This document shows, in pieces, positions 39,476-51,237 of a stretch of 64,000 bases of DNA. A model generated the notes under the pieces. It did no database searches. It was given only the letters and a program-made list of their open reading frames with translations, and was not told where the DNA came from. Positions within the stretch are counted from its first letter, which is position 1; each line of letters starts with the position of its first letter. The translations under genes and the position numbers were made by a program. The stretch is from Diadema antillarum (taxonomy: Eukaryota). The stretch is from positions 372,001-436,000 of the forward strand of contig NW_027271045.1 in assembly GCF_040938485.1 (NCBI RefSeq), in the 5' to 3' direction.

Positions 39476-40377
39476 CCAGCAGGTTTGCTCAGTCTAGTCA
39501 GCACGTACCATGCAGGAATGGATGAAAAGCTAAAGCAGCAGATACTAGAATCTTTTGGCGATTGCCATGGAGTTATTAGAGTCCACATTGCAACTGTTGC
39601 CTTTGGCATGGACGTGGTCATCAAAGACATAAGGACTGTGATACATTATGGGTCCCCATCCTCGCTGGATGACCTTTGTCAGTCTTCCGGAAGAGCTGGC
39701 CGTGATGGGCAGCAGAGCCATGCCATACTTCTTTTGACCAGGAATGTGCGTTTTTGTGGGGATAAACAGATGAAAGAGTACTGTTCAAACTCTACAGATT
39801 GCAGAAGGCACATCCTCCTTTCCCAATACCCTGGCAGCGAAGTTGAGTCTCCATCACCCAAGCACAAATGTTGTGACATCTGTGCCAGAACATGTGCATG
39901 TAGCCATACTCGGTGGTGTCAAAAGGATGTGAATCCAGTAGAATTCTTGTCCACACACACACAACTTCCAGACAGCGTATGGTGGATTCTACAAGCAAGG
40001 CACAACTGTCAGAGGAGCTATCAAAGTTTTATCTTTGCATGGAGGAAAGAAACGACAAGGAATCAGATGCTATCCTTCATTCAGGCAAGGACATTTTACA
40101 TCATCCCTTCACATGAGTGTCATTATTAAAATCCACTGTGGATAATGCAGAGTACATTATGGACAGAGAGCATTTGAACAAGTATGGCGTAATCAACCAG
40201 AGTGTCCTAGACGCTGTATGGTCAATAATCACTGACGTGTGTCCTGAAGTGACAAGTGATGTAGAATACAGCCAAAGTGAGTTGGACATCAGTGATTGTA
40301 GTGAAGACTCTTTGAGTGACCATGAACAATATCAAAGGGCAGTTGAGAGATTGACATCGTCTTCTGACTCTGACTAG
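39476..40377 (+). pseudogene. RecQ-type helicase C-terminal exon, probably from an AcademH-like transposon
   Basis: YHAG...RVHIATVAFGMDV...VIHYGSPSSL...SGRAGRDG (SF2 motifs IV-VI), then a Zn-binding C..R...CCDIC; frameshift near 39920 and stop at 40114. Confidence 0.8.
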
Positions 40378-42142
40378 TTTCATTGTATAATGTAATTGAT
40401 TACTTACATTGTATGAGAACATTAAAGAAACAATGAACTTGTACAACAAGTGCCAGTGTATGTACTTTCACACTAACTTACATCTGACAGTTTGAGATGA
40501 TTATTTGTTGACATTTCAATGGTTTAACATCTACTTCTGATTCCCACTTCTTTTTTTTGCAGCCCCCCCCCCCCAACAGAAACCCATCATAAACACTATG
40601 GACAGACAAAGGAAAGCACTTGCAAATTTGCATATACACAGAGTACAAAATTACAATGATCTTATCCATCAAGTATGTTTAACTGACATATCAAATATCT
40701 CAAAGATGTTTACGCTGAATCAATTTGTTCCAAATACTACTGCCAAATCAAGGCAAATCAACCCACAGTTGGCCCAAAAGTGAAGAGGAAACTTCATATC
40801 AAGAACAAGAGATGACTGCCAGACATGCGAAATGTGTGAACAATGGAAGAAGGGGGCAGACCACAGAGAAAGGCATTGCCGGGAGGGCCTGAAATGGCAA
40901 AAACTTTGGGGGAGTTTCGAAAGTCCACATTCAAAATGCACCTCAATCTATGATCAGGATGATTACACAATAAGAAATAGAGGCAGAGAAGTTTCTAATG
41001 TGCACCATATGCCATAATGTACTGAATCATCTCATTGAGGTAACTCCATGCCATCATCTGTTTTGTTTGAAATATCGCCAGTAAAAATTTTGTAGTGCAT
41101 CCATACACTTTGCCATGGAAACGCGTAACACATTGATTCATTACCCTCAGACTGCTGTGCCATCATGTTACATAACAACACTGGTTGCCAGTTTATGTGC
41201 AACATGCAAACACTGCAACATGAACATTCCACACACACAAAGTCACACACTAGATTTAAAAAAAAAAAATTCTCCTCAATGATGGGTGCTACCGTTAATT
41301 TCTGGTGATGGACATTCAGACAAGGAAGCACATGGCAGATTATTTTCTTGTGGAAGGCCAAACTTAGCTCATCAAGGACATTCTCATACTATAAACTTAT
41401 TTCAAATGAACAAGTATTAAAGATGTGAGATGCCCTTCATGGTGATGAATACACGTATGTGCAAATCGTTAATTTGCGCTCCACAAAATTGGCAACATCA
41501 CTTGCGGTCAAACAACAAATCATTTTTAATGTTCCTCCTATCAATACCCAATCTTAGGGTTCACAATCTTTTCAGTCAGCATCCCCTTTGCTTTTGAACA
41601 ATTTACATGAATGTATTTAAAACAAACACAGAATATATTATTATGAACCTGTTTAAAAGAGATGGTCTCAATACTTCTGAGCGTTTGTGAATTACTGGAT
41701 TGAGATCAGACTAAGAGCTGCAGTATAACTCTTTTTGGAGATGAATGAATGTACAACAACCAGCAACGGAAAAACAGATTATGACAACGGCACACACAGC
41801 TGCAGAAATTCTGCTGTTTGCGTGAAGGGAAAATCCTGACGAACCCAGTGCGCACAAAATCTTTAAAGAACATTGTCAAGGTGAGAAGACAAAACTGACA
41901 AGGCACATTTTGTTTGGTGGTACAAATGTATTAAAAGGCCTCTTTTCTAGCCTCAAGGCTCTATGCATACTACACTTGTGAAAGCACAGGTAGGGACCAG
42001 CAAAAATGTGTGTACCAGTACAGAACAGTGTAAACTCTTTGAAAGCTTTCAGTTCACTGGTGAGGCATAGCACCTCAGATGGTGCTGACAGCAGTCACAA
42101 ATCTTAAGAAATTTGTGCGCATGGTTGTGGAACAATTCTATC

Positions 42143-42508
42143 ATGTCTGCAACTGATGTGAATGCCTTCCAACCATGCCGCAACACTGAAGAGGAGGAGA
42201 GAGTTGTCAACGCAGAACCTGTGGACGTGAGGGTTGACCAGTGTCCAGCACGTGATCGCCGATTGATGAACATTGATAAGTGTTATCAATGCAGCAGCTG
42301 CCGAGTGATGGCAACCTGGGTAAAGTGCGTTTGCTGCAGGGAACTTGAACAATGCACGGACTTACAACCAGAAGGGTGCATCACAATGAACGATGAGTTT
42401 TACCGCTGTGTGCTTACCTCGTGCAGTTCAACGCGTCTTTTATTTCGTCAGGAGAGATATTCGAGGACGTCAAAGATGTAGACATGTGCCGTGAAACTTG
42501 GACAACAA
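42143..42508 (+). pseudogene. KolX / P2X7-ballast-like Cys-rich exon, copy A
   Basis: MSATDVNAFQP...CxCSSC...CVCCRELEQC...CITMNDEF; frameshifted near 42410-42450. Confidence 0.75.
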
Positions 42509-42862
42509 GTACCGTAAGTAGAAAGTCTACACGTAGAAACGAGTGATCTGTTTTCTACGTACAAACAGCTGCGTTGAACTCCACAACAGTACAACGCAGT
42601 CACACATGTGCACATTACACTGTACGCAGAGCTACTGTACTGATCTTCAGCCAATAATGACATGTCATTGCCATTCCATATTGGTCACCAGTTTATGTGT
42701 TACATGCAAACACTGCAACATGAACATTCCACACACACAGAGTCACACACTGGATTCAAGAAATTTTCTCCTCAATGATGGGTGCTATAGATTATTTCAG
42801 GTGATGAAAATTCAAACAAGGAAGCACATGGCAGATGATTTCCTTGTGGAAGGCCAGTCTTA

Positions 42863-43820
42863 GGCTGCGTTCATGCGACACTAGAATTGCATTTCTAAAC
42901 GTGTTTAGTCACTATAAACGTGTTTAGCTGCGTTGCGTTCATGCGATTTTTCCATTTAAACGCATTTCAAAACGCCGATCTGAGACGCGGAAAAAAGGGC
43001 GTTTTGAATCATGATTCTGCCACAATCACGATCGCAGAACCGTATGAACACAACAGTGATTTCAATCATGATTCTATGAAGTCATTGTGCAATGTTCACA
43101 TGCGTGTCTCACGGGGTTTCCCCATGGCTTCCGGTACCGGTGTTGTTCGCGCGCTTGGTGGATACTCGTACAGTACAGTATAGTATAGCGCAGTGAACGT
43201 CTTTTGAATTTTGTGTTTCAGTACGTATACTGTATGCAATTCCAAGGTCTCGATCTCGTTTACTTCAACACCAGTGTCTGACGCTTCTACATGTATCTAG
43301 CTAGTCCTACTTTGCGATCGAGATACTAGTAAATACTTTTCATACTGATGGCTGCCTGTTCCACCATGTCCACCAAAAGAACCAACTGGACTGACAACGA
43401 ACTGAGGCTTCTATTAGTTCTGTGGGCAGAGCCAGTATGCCAGGGTGAGTTGGATGGTGTCCATCGCAATAAACATGTATTCAACAAACTCGCCGATCGG
43501 TTGGCGAAAGAGGGCTTTAGTCGGAGGTCAGGTGCGAGTTGTCAGGACAAGGTCAATAGGATAAAGGGACATTACAGGGCCCTTGTTGACAAGCAGAACC
43601 CCCTCAGGCCAAGGGAGGGAGGATGACGAACCTTTTTGGTTTGGCATTCTCGATGCTGTACTACACAAGAAACCCAGTACGAAGCCGGTAGCCAGTTTGG
43701 ACTCCAGGGCCGTTGAACCTGGGAAGACAACCAAAGGCGAAGACCCTACACCTACTAGCATTGATGCGGATGGGAAATTGGAGGTTCCCATGCCTGGTTC
43801 CACGCGAGATCGAGATGAAG
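42863..43820 (+). mobile_element. PIF/Harbinger left end with Myb/SANT (trihelix) DNA-binding exon
   Basis: TTA-GGCTGCGTTCATGCGAC terminus; ORF from 43348 NWTDNELRLLLVLW...RNKHVFNKLADRLAKEGFSR..CQDKVNRIKGHY; a +1 C in a C-run at ~43600 restores PSGQGRE..FWFGILDAVL; donor GTAGGT at 43821. Confidence 0.8.
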
Positions 43821-44158
43821 GTAGGTCTACATGAAGTCTACACTTGAAATAAAGTGTAGAATATAGAACTGTCTCGACAAAAGTACACAGTCAGATCACA
43901 GCAGACAGCTGGATGCATCCATGAAGGTAAAAATACAAACAAAATAAAAATCACTTACTGACGTAGGTTCTAATGAATCTGCAACTGGACTACTAGTACT
44001 ACTATAACTCAAAGCTCCCTTTATACTTTAAGTAAATTACTGAGTAGCACTAGTGCACTGTCAGTGTCACTACTTAATACTATCACGAGAATCCTTTCTC
44101 TATCTCTACTCACCACCTCACAAGTGTACAGCGAACTACTGGTCACTAGTCTATACAT

Positions 44159-44420
44159 TTATAGGTTATCTAGGACGCCATGGCCTAGGACACCTGATGA
44201 ACCCGGAGAAACACTGGGCGGGAGTGTATTGTAGATGCGCTGCCCCTCAGGCTCAAGGCAGTGTAACAGCATAGCCCTACGGCGATCGTCTGCAAATTTG
44301 TTCGCCCCACTTGCGAGCAAGAAAGTTTTGAAAAGTCCTTGCCATTGCGTCCATGGCATACTTAGTAGATGGAGGGCCAGGATTTGGTAGGAATGGTGGC
44401 AGAGGCTGTAAATGCGCCAT
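44159..44420 (-). pseudogene. Gypsy gag N-terminus (inverted)
   Basis: ATG at 44420: MAHLQPLPPFLPNPGPP, frameshift, then PWTQWQGLFKTFLLASG...RAMLLHCLEPEGQRIYNTL; a PBS-like TGCCTACGAG lies just upstream. Confidence 0.85.
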
Positions 44421-44429
44421 CTCGTAGGC

Positions 44430-45136
44430 AGGTATCATTGAGCAAGTGGATGCCAGTGAATGGATTTCTTCACTTGTGGTGGTCCACAAGAAAAATGGTG
44501 CCATTCGCATTTGTGTAGATCTTCGTGATGTGAACAAGGCTGTTGTGGAGGACTAATACCCACTTCCTAACATACAGGAATTGCTCGCTGAACTGAGAGG
44601 TGTGACAGTATTCAGTACTTTAGACCTTGCATCAGCATACCACCAGTTGCTTTTGCATGAAGAATCACGTGATCTGACTATGTTCATCACGCATAATGGA
44701 CTGTTCAGATTCAAACGTATGTGTTTTGGACTGTCATCAGCACCTTCAGCCTTTCAAAAACTCATGGCTTCAGTTCTCTGTGGCCTGGAAGGTGTACAGT
44801 GTTACCTTGTGACGACGTGGTTGTCTATGGCGATACTCAAGCTGCACATGATGCAAACCTCCGTGCAGTACTTCAGCGGTTGCAGGATGTTGGGATGACA
44901 CTCAATGCTCAAAAGTGTCATTTCAGTCTACATGAGATCCACTACTTGGGGCATGTGATATCCAGCAAGGGACTACAACTGGATGAATGCCATTCGGGAT
45001 GCCCCAGTTCCTACTGATGTTTCCTCACTGCGCTCGTTCATCAGTTTGGCATCATATTACTCTTGCTTCTTGCCAAACTTTTCAAGCGTGACTGAACCAC
45101 TCCGAGCGTTAACACGAGAAGGAGTTGCAAAATGGA
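44430..45136 (+). pseudogene. Gypsy reverse transcriptase / RNase H start fragment
   Basis: GIIEQVDASEWISSLVVVHKKNGAIRICVDLR...LDLASAYHQ...FGLSSAP...YL/DDVV (frameshift)...YLGHVIS...LRSFISLASYY. Confidence 0.95.
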
Positions 45137-45199
45137 TTGTGATTAAACTACACCGAACCCACGACATGCCTCTAGTTTTTCTAAATTCGTGTCTCTTTC

Positions 45200-46790
45200 A
45201 CAAACCAGTCACAAACTGGACGTCAAAACAGGGCAAATGTTCTCTCCGGAAATCCCGGCATGAACAGACAGTACTGAGGTGCAGATTCCCCCGTTGCTGC
45301 ATGGAGAATGCTCTTCACAGATGAGATGATTAACACAATTGTTGCAAATACTAATGTCACAATACAGAAGCTGAGATCTGAGCTGCCTGATGAAATTCTA
45401 CAGAATGACAAAATTACACACCTGCATGATACAGACTTTGCGGAGATTAGTGCTGTTATTGGATTGATGTACGCACGCGGTCTTCTCGGACAAAACATGC
45501 ACGACATCGACAGACTCTTCACTGAGCGGTTTGGGCATCCAATCTACAGTGCCACCATGGGCCGAAACAGGTTCAAGTTTCTCCTGGGAAAGCTTTCTTT
45601 TGACGATGTAGACACACGTGAGGAAAGATGGAAGCATGACAGGTTCACAGCTTTCAGAGAGATACACCAACAATTCACAAGAAGGTGTATGGAAGCTTTA
45701 ACATCCGATGATTTCTTGACACTGGATGAAACACTTTATCCGATGAGAAATGCAGTTTCATTCAAGCAGTTCAACAAAAGCAAACCAGCCAAATATGGCA
45801 TCCTGTACAAATCTGTAAATGCGACAAGATACCCATACACCTTCACAACGCATGTTTACAGTGGTATTTAAAACCAAAGGAGGAGCCAACTGAACATTAT
45901 GTAACAGGCACGGAGGAAACAGTTCAGTACTTGGTTGAGAACATGCTCCGCCATGGGGAATTGCGTGGCAGAAACATACGTAGACCGCCTCTACACTTCG
46001 GTTAGCCTAGCGAAATGGCTGCTAGAAAAAGGAGTGACCATTGTTGGCACAATGATGGCAAACAGGAAGGGAGTTCCCCCACCTTGCAAGTCTACTGAAG
46101 GACGTGACGAGCTGTCATACAAAGTCTGGTGGGATGCAGATGACAGAAATACGAGTATCCACTCCTATGTAGTCAGAACCAAAAGTACAGGACCCAGGAA
46201 CGTCATCATGCTAACTACGATGAAGCCAGTGCTTGGGGTGACGAAGGATGATGGTAAGAAGAAACCAGGCATCTACAAGCTATACGATTTCATGAAGGGG
46301 GGAACTGACATAGTGGATCAAAGAGCGCAGTCATTGACCTGCACGTCCAAACACAACAGGTGGACAATGGTTGCATTTGCCTTCCTCCTTGACACATGCA
46401 GGATAAATGCATCCATCATTCTGGCGATGAACGAGAGGAAGGAGCCACGTGAGGTTGAAGCACTGGAGTTTTGGTGGCAGCTTAGCGAAGGTTGTCCTGC
46501 CATTCATTCAGCAACGGTCGCTAAATGGTTTGCCCACCACCACCCAGCGAAAGATGGAGTTTATGTTGGGTGGACCAGTTCATGCCCAGCCTCAAAGGGA
46601 CAGAGTGCAGTTCGAAAGAAAATGCAAAACTCCTTGTAGATGCAGGATGTGCATCGATGCATCCCATGGCCAGGGACACAAAGCTGCCAAGACAAAAATG
46701 GCGAAGTGACAGAGTCAGTGCCAAATTTGTGGTGAAGCAGTCTGCCAGGATCATTCTGTGCTGACATGCAGAGGCTGTCATGACAAGTGA
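45200..46790 (+). pseudogene. piggyBac transposase, near-complete but frameshifted
   Basis: LFTDEMINTIV..TN; MGRNRF; LTLDETL; KPAKYGI; YVDRLYTS; GTMMANRKG; MKGGTDIVDQ; C-terminal CQICGEAVCQDH..CRGC Cys-rich domain, stop at 46788. Confidence 0.92.
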
Positions 46791-47624
46791 ACTACAACTG
46801 AGAAAGACATATATTTTCAGTGCCTGTGAATACATCTGATATTTCATATATTTTGACAGGTAGCAAGAGTTTCACTGTAATGACAAAATCAAGATATGAA
46901 GCATTTGTTGTGATAGAGGAATTTGTCGGTGAAGGTATACTTTGTCACACATATCGTCTATGTCATTTTTGTGTGATCTGCCCGAGAGTTGGTAGCAGGT
47001 AGTAAAAGTAAGATATTTGTCCTCTTTTATAGAAGTATGGACATGGAGTATTCATAAGAAATTTGCCTGGTGAATAATGATGACTGAAATTCCTACTAGA
47101 ATGAACCCCTGTAGAAAATCTCATTACATGTGATAAATTGTACAATTTTCAAGGGAAATAATCCTACCAAGGATAATACATGTACATGTAAAGATGCCAT
47201 GTTTTATGTAATCATACTTATTCCTAATGCCCTGATACAATACAAGAAATTTTGCAGAATTTGCTTGAATCAGGAAGGTCTCATTTTTTTTATAGTTGAA
47301 ATCTTTCAAAATACATGGTAGATGTGATTCATCATATGAATTCAGGACATAAAATTCAATGACAACCTTTGTAACATGATCATTTCTGGTAATCACAGTC
47401 ATGGTGAAATGTACATTACAGCTAATTTGCATGATTAGCATAATATGAAAGAAGAAATTCTCTTTGGTTTCCCCAAATCAATTTATGTTATTATCTGAAA
47501 GTTAACTTTTAGCAGGTTTGTTTCATATGCGTTTCCTGAAGCAAAATGTACAGCCAGTAATGGACATAAAAAAAATATGCATATAAATATGAATAATTAA
47601 TTAGGTAAAATATTCAATTCTATC

Positions 47625-47980
47625 ATGTCTACAACTGACGTGTATGCCTTCCAACCACGCTGCAACGCTGAAGAGGAGGAGAGAGTCGTCAACGCAGCAC
47701 CTGTGGACGTGAGAGGTGACCAGTGTCCAGCACGTGATCTCCAATTGATGAACATTGACGAGTAGTGTCAATGCGGCAGCTGTCAAGTGATGACAACCCA
47801 GGTAGAGTGTGTTTGCTGCAGGGAACTTGAAAAATGCACGGACTTACAACTGGAAGGGTGCATGATGACGAACGATGAGTTTGCCGCTGTATGCTTACCT
47901 CGTGCAGTTCAACGCGTCTTTTATGTCTTCAGGAGAGATATTCGAGGATGTCAAAGACATGTGCCACGAGACTTGGACAA
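47625..47980 (+). pseudogene. KolX / P2X7-ballast-like exon, copy B
   Basis: ATG 47625 MSTTDVYAFQP...; TGG-to-TAG nonsense codon at 47763; ECVCCRELEKC. Confidence 0.8.
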
Positions 47981-48496
47981 GTAGAAAGTCTAGAAATGAG
48001 TGATCTGTTTTCTACGTACAAACAGTTGAGGTACACTCCACCATAGCACAGTGCAGTCACACATGTGCACATTACACTGTATGTAGAGGGACTGTAATGA
48101 TCTTCTGCCAATAATAACAAGTGATTGCCATTCCATATTGGTTCAAATGAACGACTGTCGCATGTATCGATGCTAACTAAAACTAGAAGCCTAGACGTTG
48201 TACCAAGTTGTAACTATGCAGTCTAGTCTGCATCTGTAGCAGACTAGAGCTAGGGCCCTAGATCTCTAGATCTAGACTCAACTTCAAGTGTAAGTACTGT
48301 GAATGAACCTAGACTGCGTGATCAACCGTAGACCTTGAGACAATCAACAACAATGCCGAATGGGTTAACAATAACATTTCTGACGTGCTGATCCTTAGGA
48401 TGCCTTTGCAATGTATGATGTGTACCTTTTAGCTATGCATCAGCTTTTTGTAGCAGACTCCATAATGGCTGTCTTTTATTTATAGTCTAAACTTAA

Positions 48497-48590
48497 CCCT
48501 AATCAGGCCGGGCTTTTTTGGCTATGCTAAAACTGGAGGGGGGCGGATTCCGCCCCCCCCCCCCCCCCCCCCCCCCCCTTGTGAAATCAT
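48497..48590 (+). mobile_element. Truncated TTAA-CCCT MITE end at the B/C duplication junction
   Basis: TTAA-CCCTAATCAGGCCGGG...GGGGGGCGGATTCCGCCCCC. Confidence 0.5.
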
Positions 48591-48739
48591 GGGTAGGGAC
48601 CAGCAATAATGTGTGTACAGAATGGTGTAAAACTCTTTGAAAGCTTTCAGTCATGGTGAGGCGTAGCACGTCAGATGGTGCTGGCAGCAGTCACAAATTT
48701 TAAGAAATATGTGCACATTGATTTGGATATAGTTCTATC

Positions 48740-49098
48740 ATATCCGCAACTAATGTGTATGTCTTCCCACTACGCTGCAACGCTGAAGAGGAGGAGAGAG
48801 TTGTCAACGCAGCACGTGTAGACGTGAGAGTTGACCAGCGTCCAGCACGTGATCGCCGATTGATGAACATTGATGAGTGGTGTCAATGCAGCAACTGTCA
48901 GGTGATGACAACCCAGGTAGAGTGTGTTTGCTGCAGGGAACTTGAACAATGCACGGACTTAAAACCGGAAGGGTGCATCACGACGAACAATGAGTTTGCT
49001 GCTGTGTGCTTACCTTGTGCAGTTCAATGCGTCTTTTATGTCTTCAGGAGATATATTCGAGGTCGTCAGAGACATGTGCCATGAGACTTGGACAACAA
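48740..49098 (+). pseudogene. KolX / P2X7-ballast-like exon 1, copy C
   Basis: Start codon is ATA (ATG in A and B); WCQCSNCQVMTTQVECVCCRELEQC..GCITTNNEF..VCL; TGA at 49082 (CGA in B); donor GTGAGT at 49099, phase 2. Confidence 0.8.
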
Positions 49099-50842
49099 GT
49101 GAGTAGATAGTCTAGAAATGAGTGATCTGTTTTCTACGTACAAACAGTTGAATTAAACTCCACCACAGCACAGTGAAGTCACACATGTGCACATTCCATT
49201 GTACGTAGAGCTAATGTACTGATCTTCAGCCAATAATAACGTGTCATTGCCATTCCACATTGGTTCAAATGAACGACTGTCGCATGTATCGATGCTACAA
49301 ATGTAGCTTGAACTAGAAGCCTAGACATTGTACTTAATTCTAGCTACATAATTCAGTCTGCATCTGTAGCAGACTAGATATAGGGTCCTAGATCTCTAGA
49401 TCTAGAGTCTAGATACCCTCATGACTTGGAGTCATGCTCACTAATAGTGTCATTGGCACTGTCTAGAGTCTACACTCTCTAGATACAATGTGCCTGAATG
49501 TCTGTGTCTTACAGTAAAAAGCGTTTCATCTGCTGTTCATGCTCGCTCACAGAAATAAATGTAGAAGACCCTAGCAGTCTAGAAAGCTCTTGGTATGTGC
49601 TCAAGGAATTCTCTGTCTAGCTGTTACTGGGTTCTTGTCTAGATCTGTGTCTACTGAGAAAGTTTTGAACAATGGGAGGTCAAGATTCAACTTCCAAGTG
49701 TAGGTAATGTAGATGGATCTAGATGGCACGGTCGACTGTAGACCTTGACAAGATCAATGACACGATGCCGGATATAACACTTCTGGTGTGGAAAAAGGGC
49801 TGATACTTAGGATGCATTTACAATGTATGATGTGGATCCTTTGGCTATGCATCAGCTTTTTGTAAACAGACTCCATAATGGCCATCTTTTATTTAGTCTA
49901 AACTTAAGCAAGCTACCCATAATTCACCCAAAAAAAGAGAGAAAAGTGACAGGGTGGTACAGTCATGATATAACCTTGAGTAATGCTGCAAACAAGACTT
50001 CACAGTAGCAAAATTGGGGGGGGGGGTATGGAAGTCTTTGCAATGGTTAAACCATTCCTTTTTTGTTTGTGACTGATTATAAATAATTTTCTATTTTTCA
50101 AATTATTGTACATGTTTATACAACGTCCAAGTAGATTCTTGTCATTTGATTGGAGGATTGTTGGTGACGTGATATTCGATAAGTACTCCATTCAATGCAC
50201 CGTGAGATTTTGGTTCCATTTTTGCGTGCAACTTGGTTCGATTTTTTCGTTCTATTCCACGGTTATTAGAGAAATTGTACCGTACTGCATATACAGTATG
50301 TTACATATTTGAGAATGCATGCAGCTCGCGCAGTGTACGTGTGCGGTACGTATACGCACGTAGTGCTAGTGTACATATGGGTACTAGCTATAACTGCAGC
50401 TCAGTCGTTAACGACACAATCTCGTTTGTTTGTAAACAAGACACCAGAAATGGTGGCTGTTCAAACTAGTTTCGTTTTGCTAAATGACGACGAAATTGGT
50501 TGATGCCATAGACTCGACGAACACAAAAAAACAAATACAGTATGTGTGTATCGTCTGGAAGCATTTGTGGAATGTGCTGGAATGTCTTTGGCTACAGTAC
50601 AAGGTTGCGGTAATGCAGAACTCGATAAGTTTCTGTCTCGTTTTTATGGTACTGAGAATGCATGCAGCTAGCTGTAGCACAGTGTACGTGTGCAGTACCG
50701 TACATAAAGATCTACCTGGACGTTGCATAAAACAAATAAAGAATGTTTCCATTTGTTCAATGGTTCAAATATTTTCATTCATTGACAGATTTTGAATGTT
50801 CCATAGAACTCATAAACATTCATTATTTGTATAATATTACAG

Positions 50843-51053
50843 GTCATGTCGCTATACCAGCTACAGACTGTTCACATATCTGGTCCATGGAATCCTGGGG
50901 AAAGGTGTGAGGATAGTCATACCAGCCCGTGCAATTCCCTGCATTAGACAGGAATTCCCAGAACCATCAGGTGTTTATATTGGTTTCAGAGTTGGTCCCG
51001 ATGGGCTAACAAGAGATGCTAACCATATCATTAGTGGACAAAGAATTGAATGA
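50843..51053 (+). CDS. KolX exon 2 (ballast C-terminal half), open reading frame
   Basis: Acceptor TTACAG ending 50842, phase 2 matching copy C; KSCRYTSYRLFTYLVHGILGKGVRIVIPARAIPCIRQEFPEPSGVYIGF fits the RYxAYR..HG.LG..R..IP.C..IR..FP..G.Y.GF consensus; TGA 51051-51053. Confidence 0.8.
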
Positions 51054-51237
51054 AAGCCAATGTGTACGTACAGAGCATCCAGCGAATGCTGAGTGTATAA
51101 AATGAATGACAGGTGAATGTCCAACGTATGCAAAGTGATGCTGCGGCAATCACGTGGAGTATCTTGGCTTCACCAAATACTTCACCAAATATCTGAGCAC
51201 TGACAGTCTCAAGTAACATTCTAGCTATCACATAGTA

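Noticed and set aside
39470-40377. Host BLM/WRN/RECQL helicase gene
   Set aside because: Only a frameshifted C-terminal half in a TE cluster, with no DEAH-box exons, winged-helix or HRDC recognised; a TE origin is more parsimonious.
40720-41015. THAP-like or Sola-like remnant (GKSTHSWPK; DCQTCEMC)
   Set aside because: The motifs appear only by mixing frames and the key Cys/His residues are not convincingly present.
45308-46639. Domesticated functional PGBD gene
   Set aside because: Several frameshifts and stops split the transposase, and its 5' end is fused to a Gypsy fragment.
42113-51053. A P2X7 purinoceptor gene
   Set aside because: Only the cytoplasmic ballast-like part is present, with no transmembrane or ectodomain exons, and it is linked to a Kolobok transposase.
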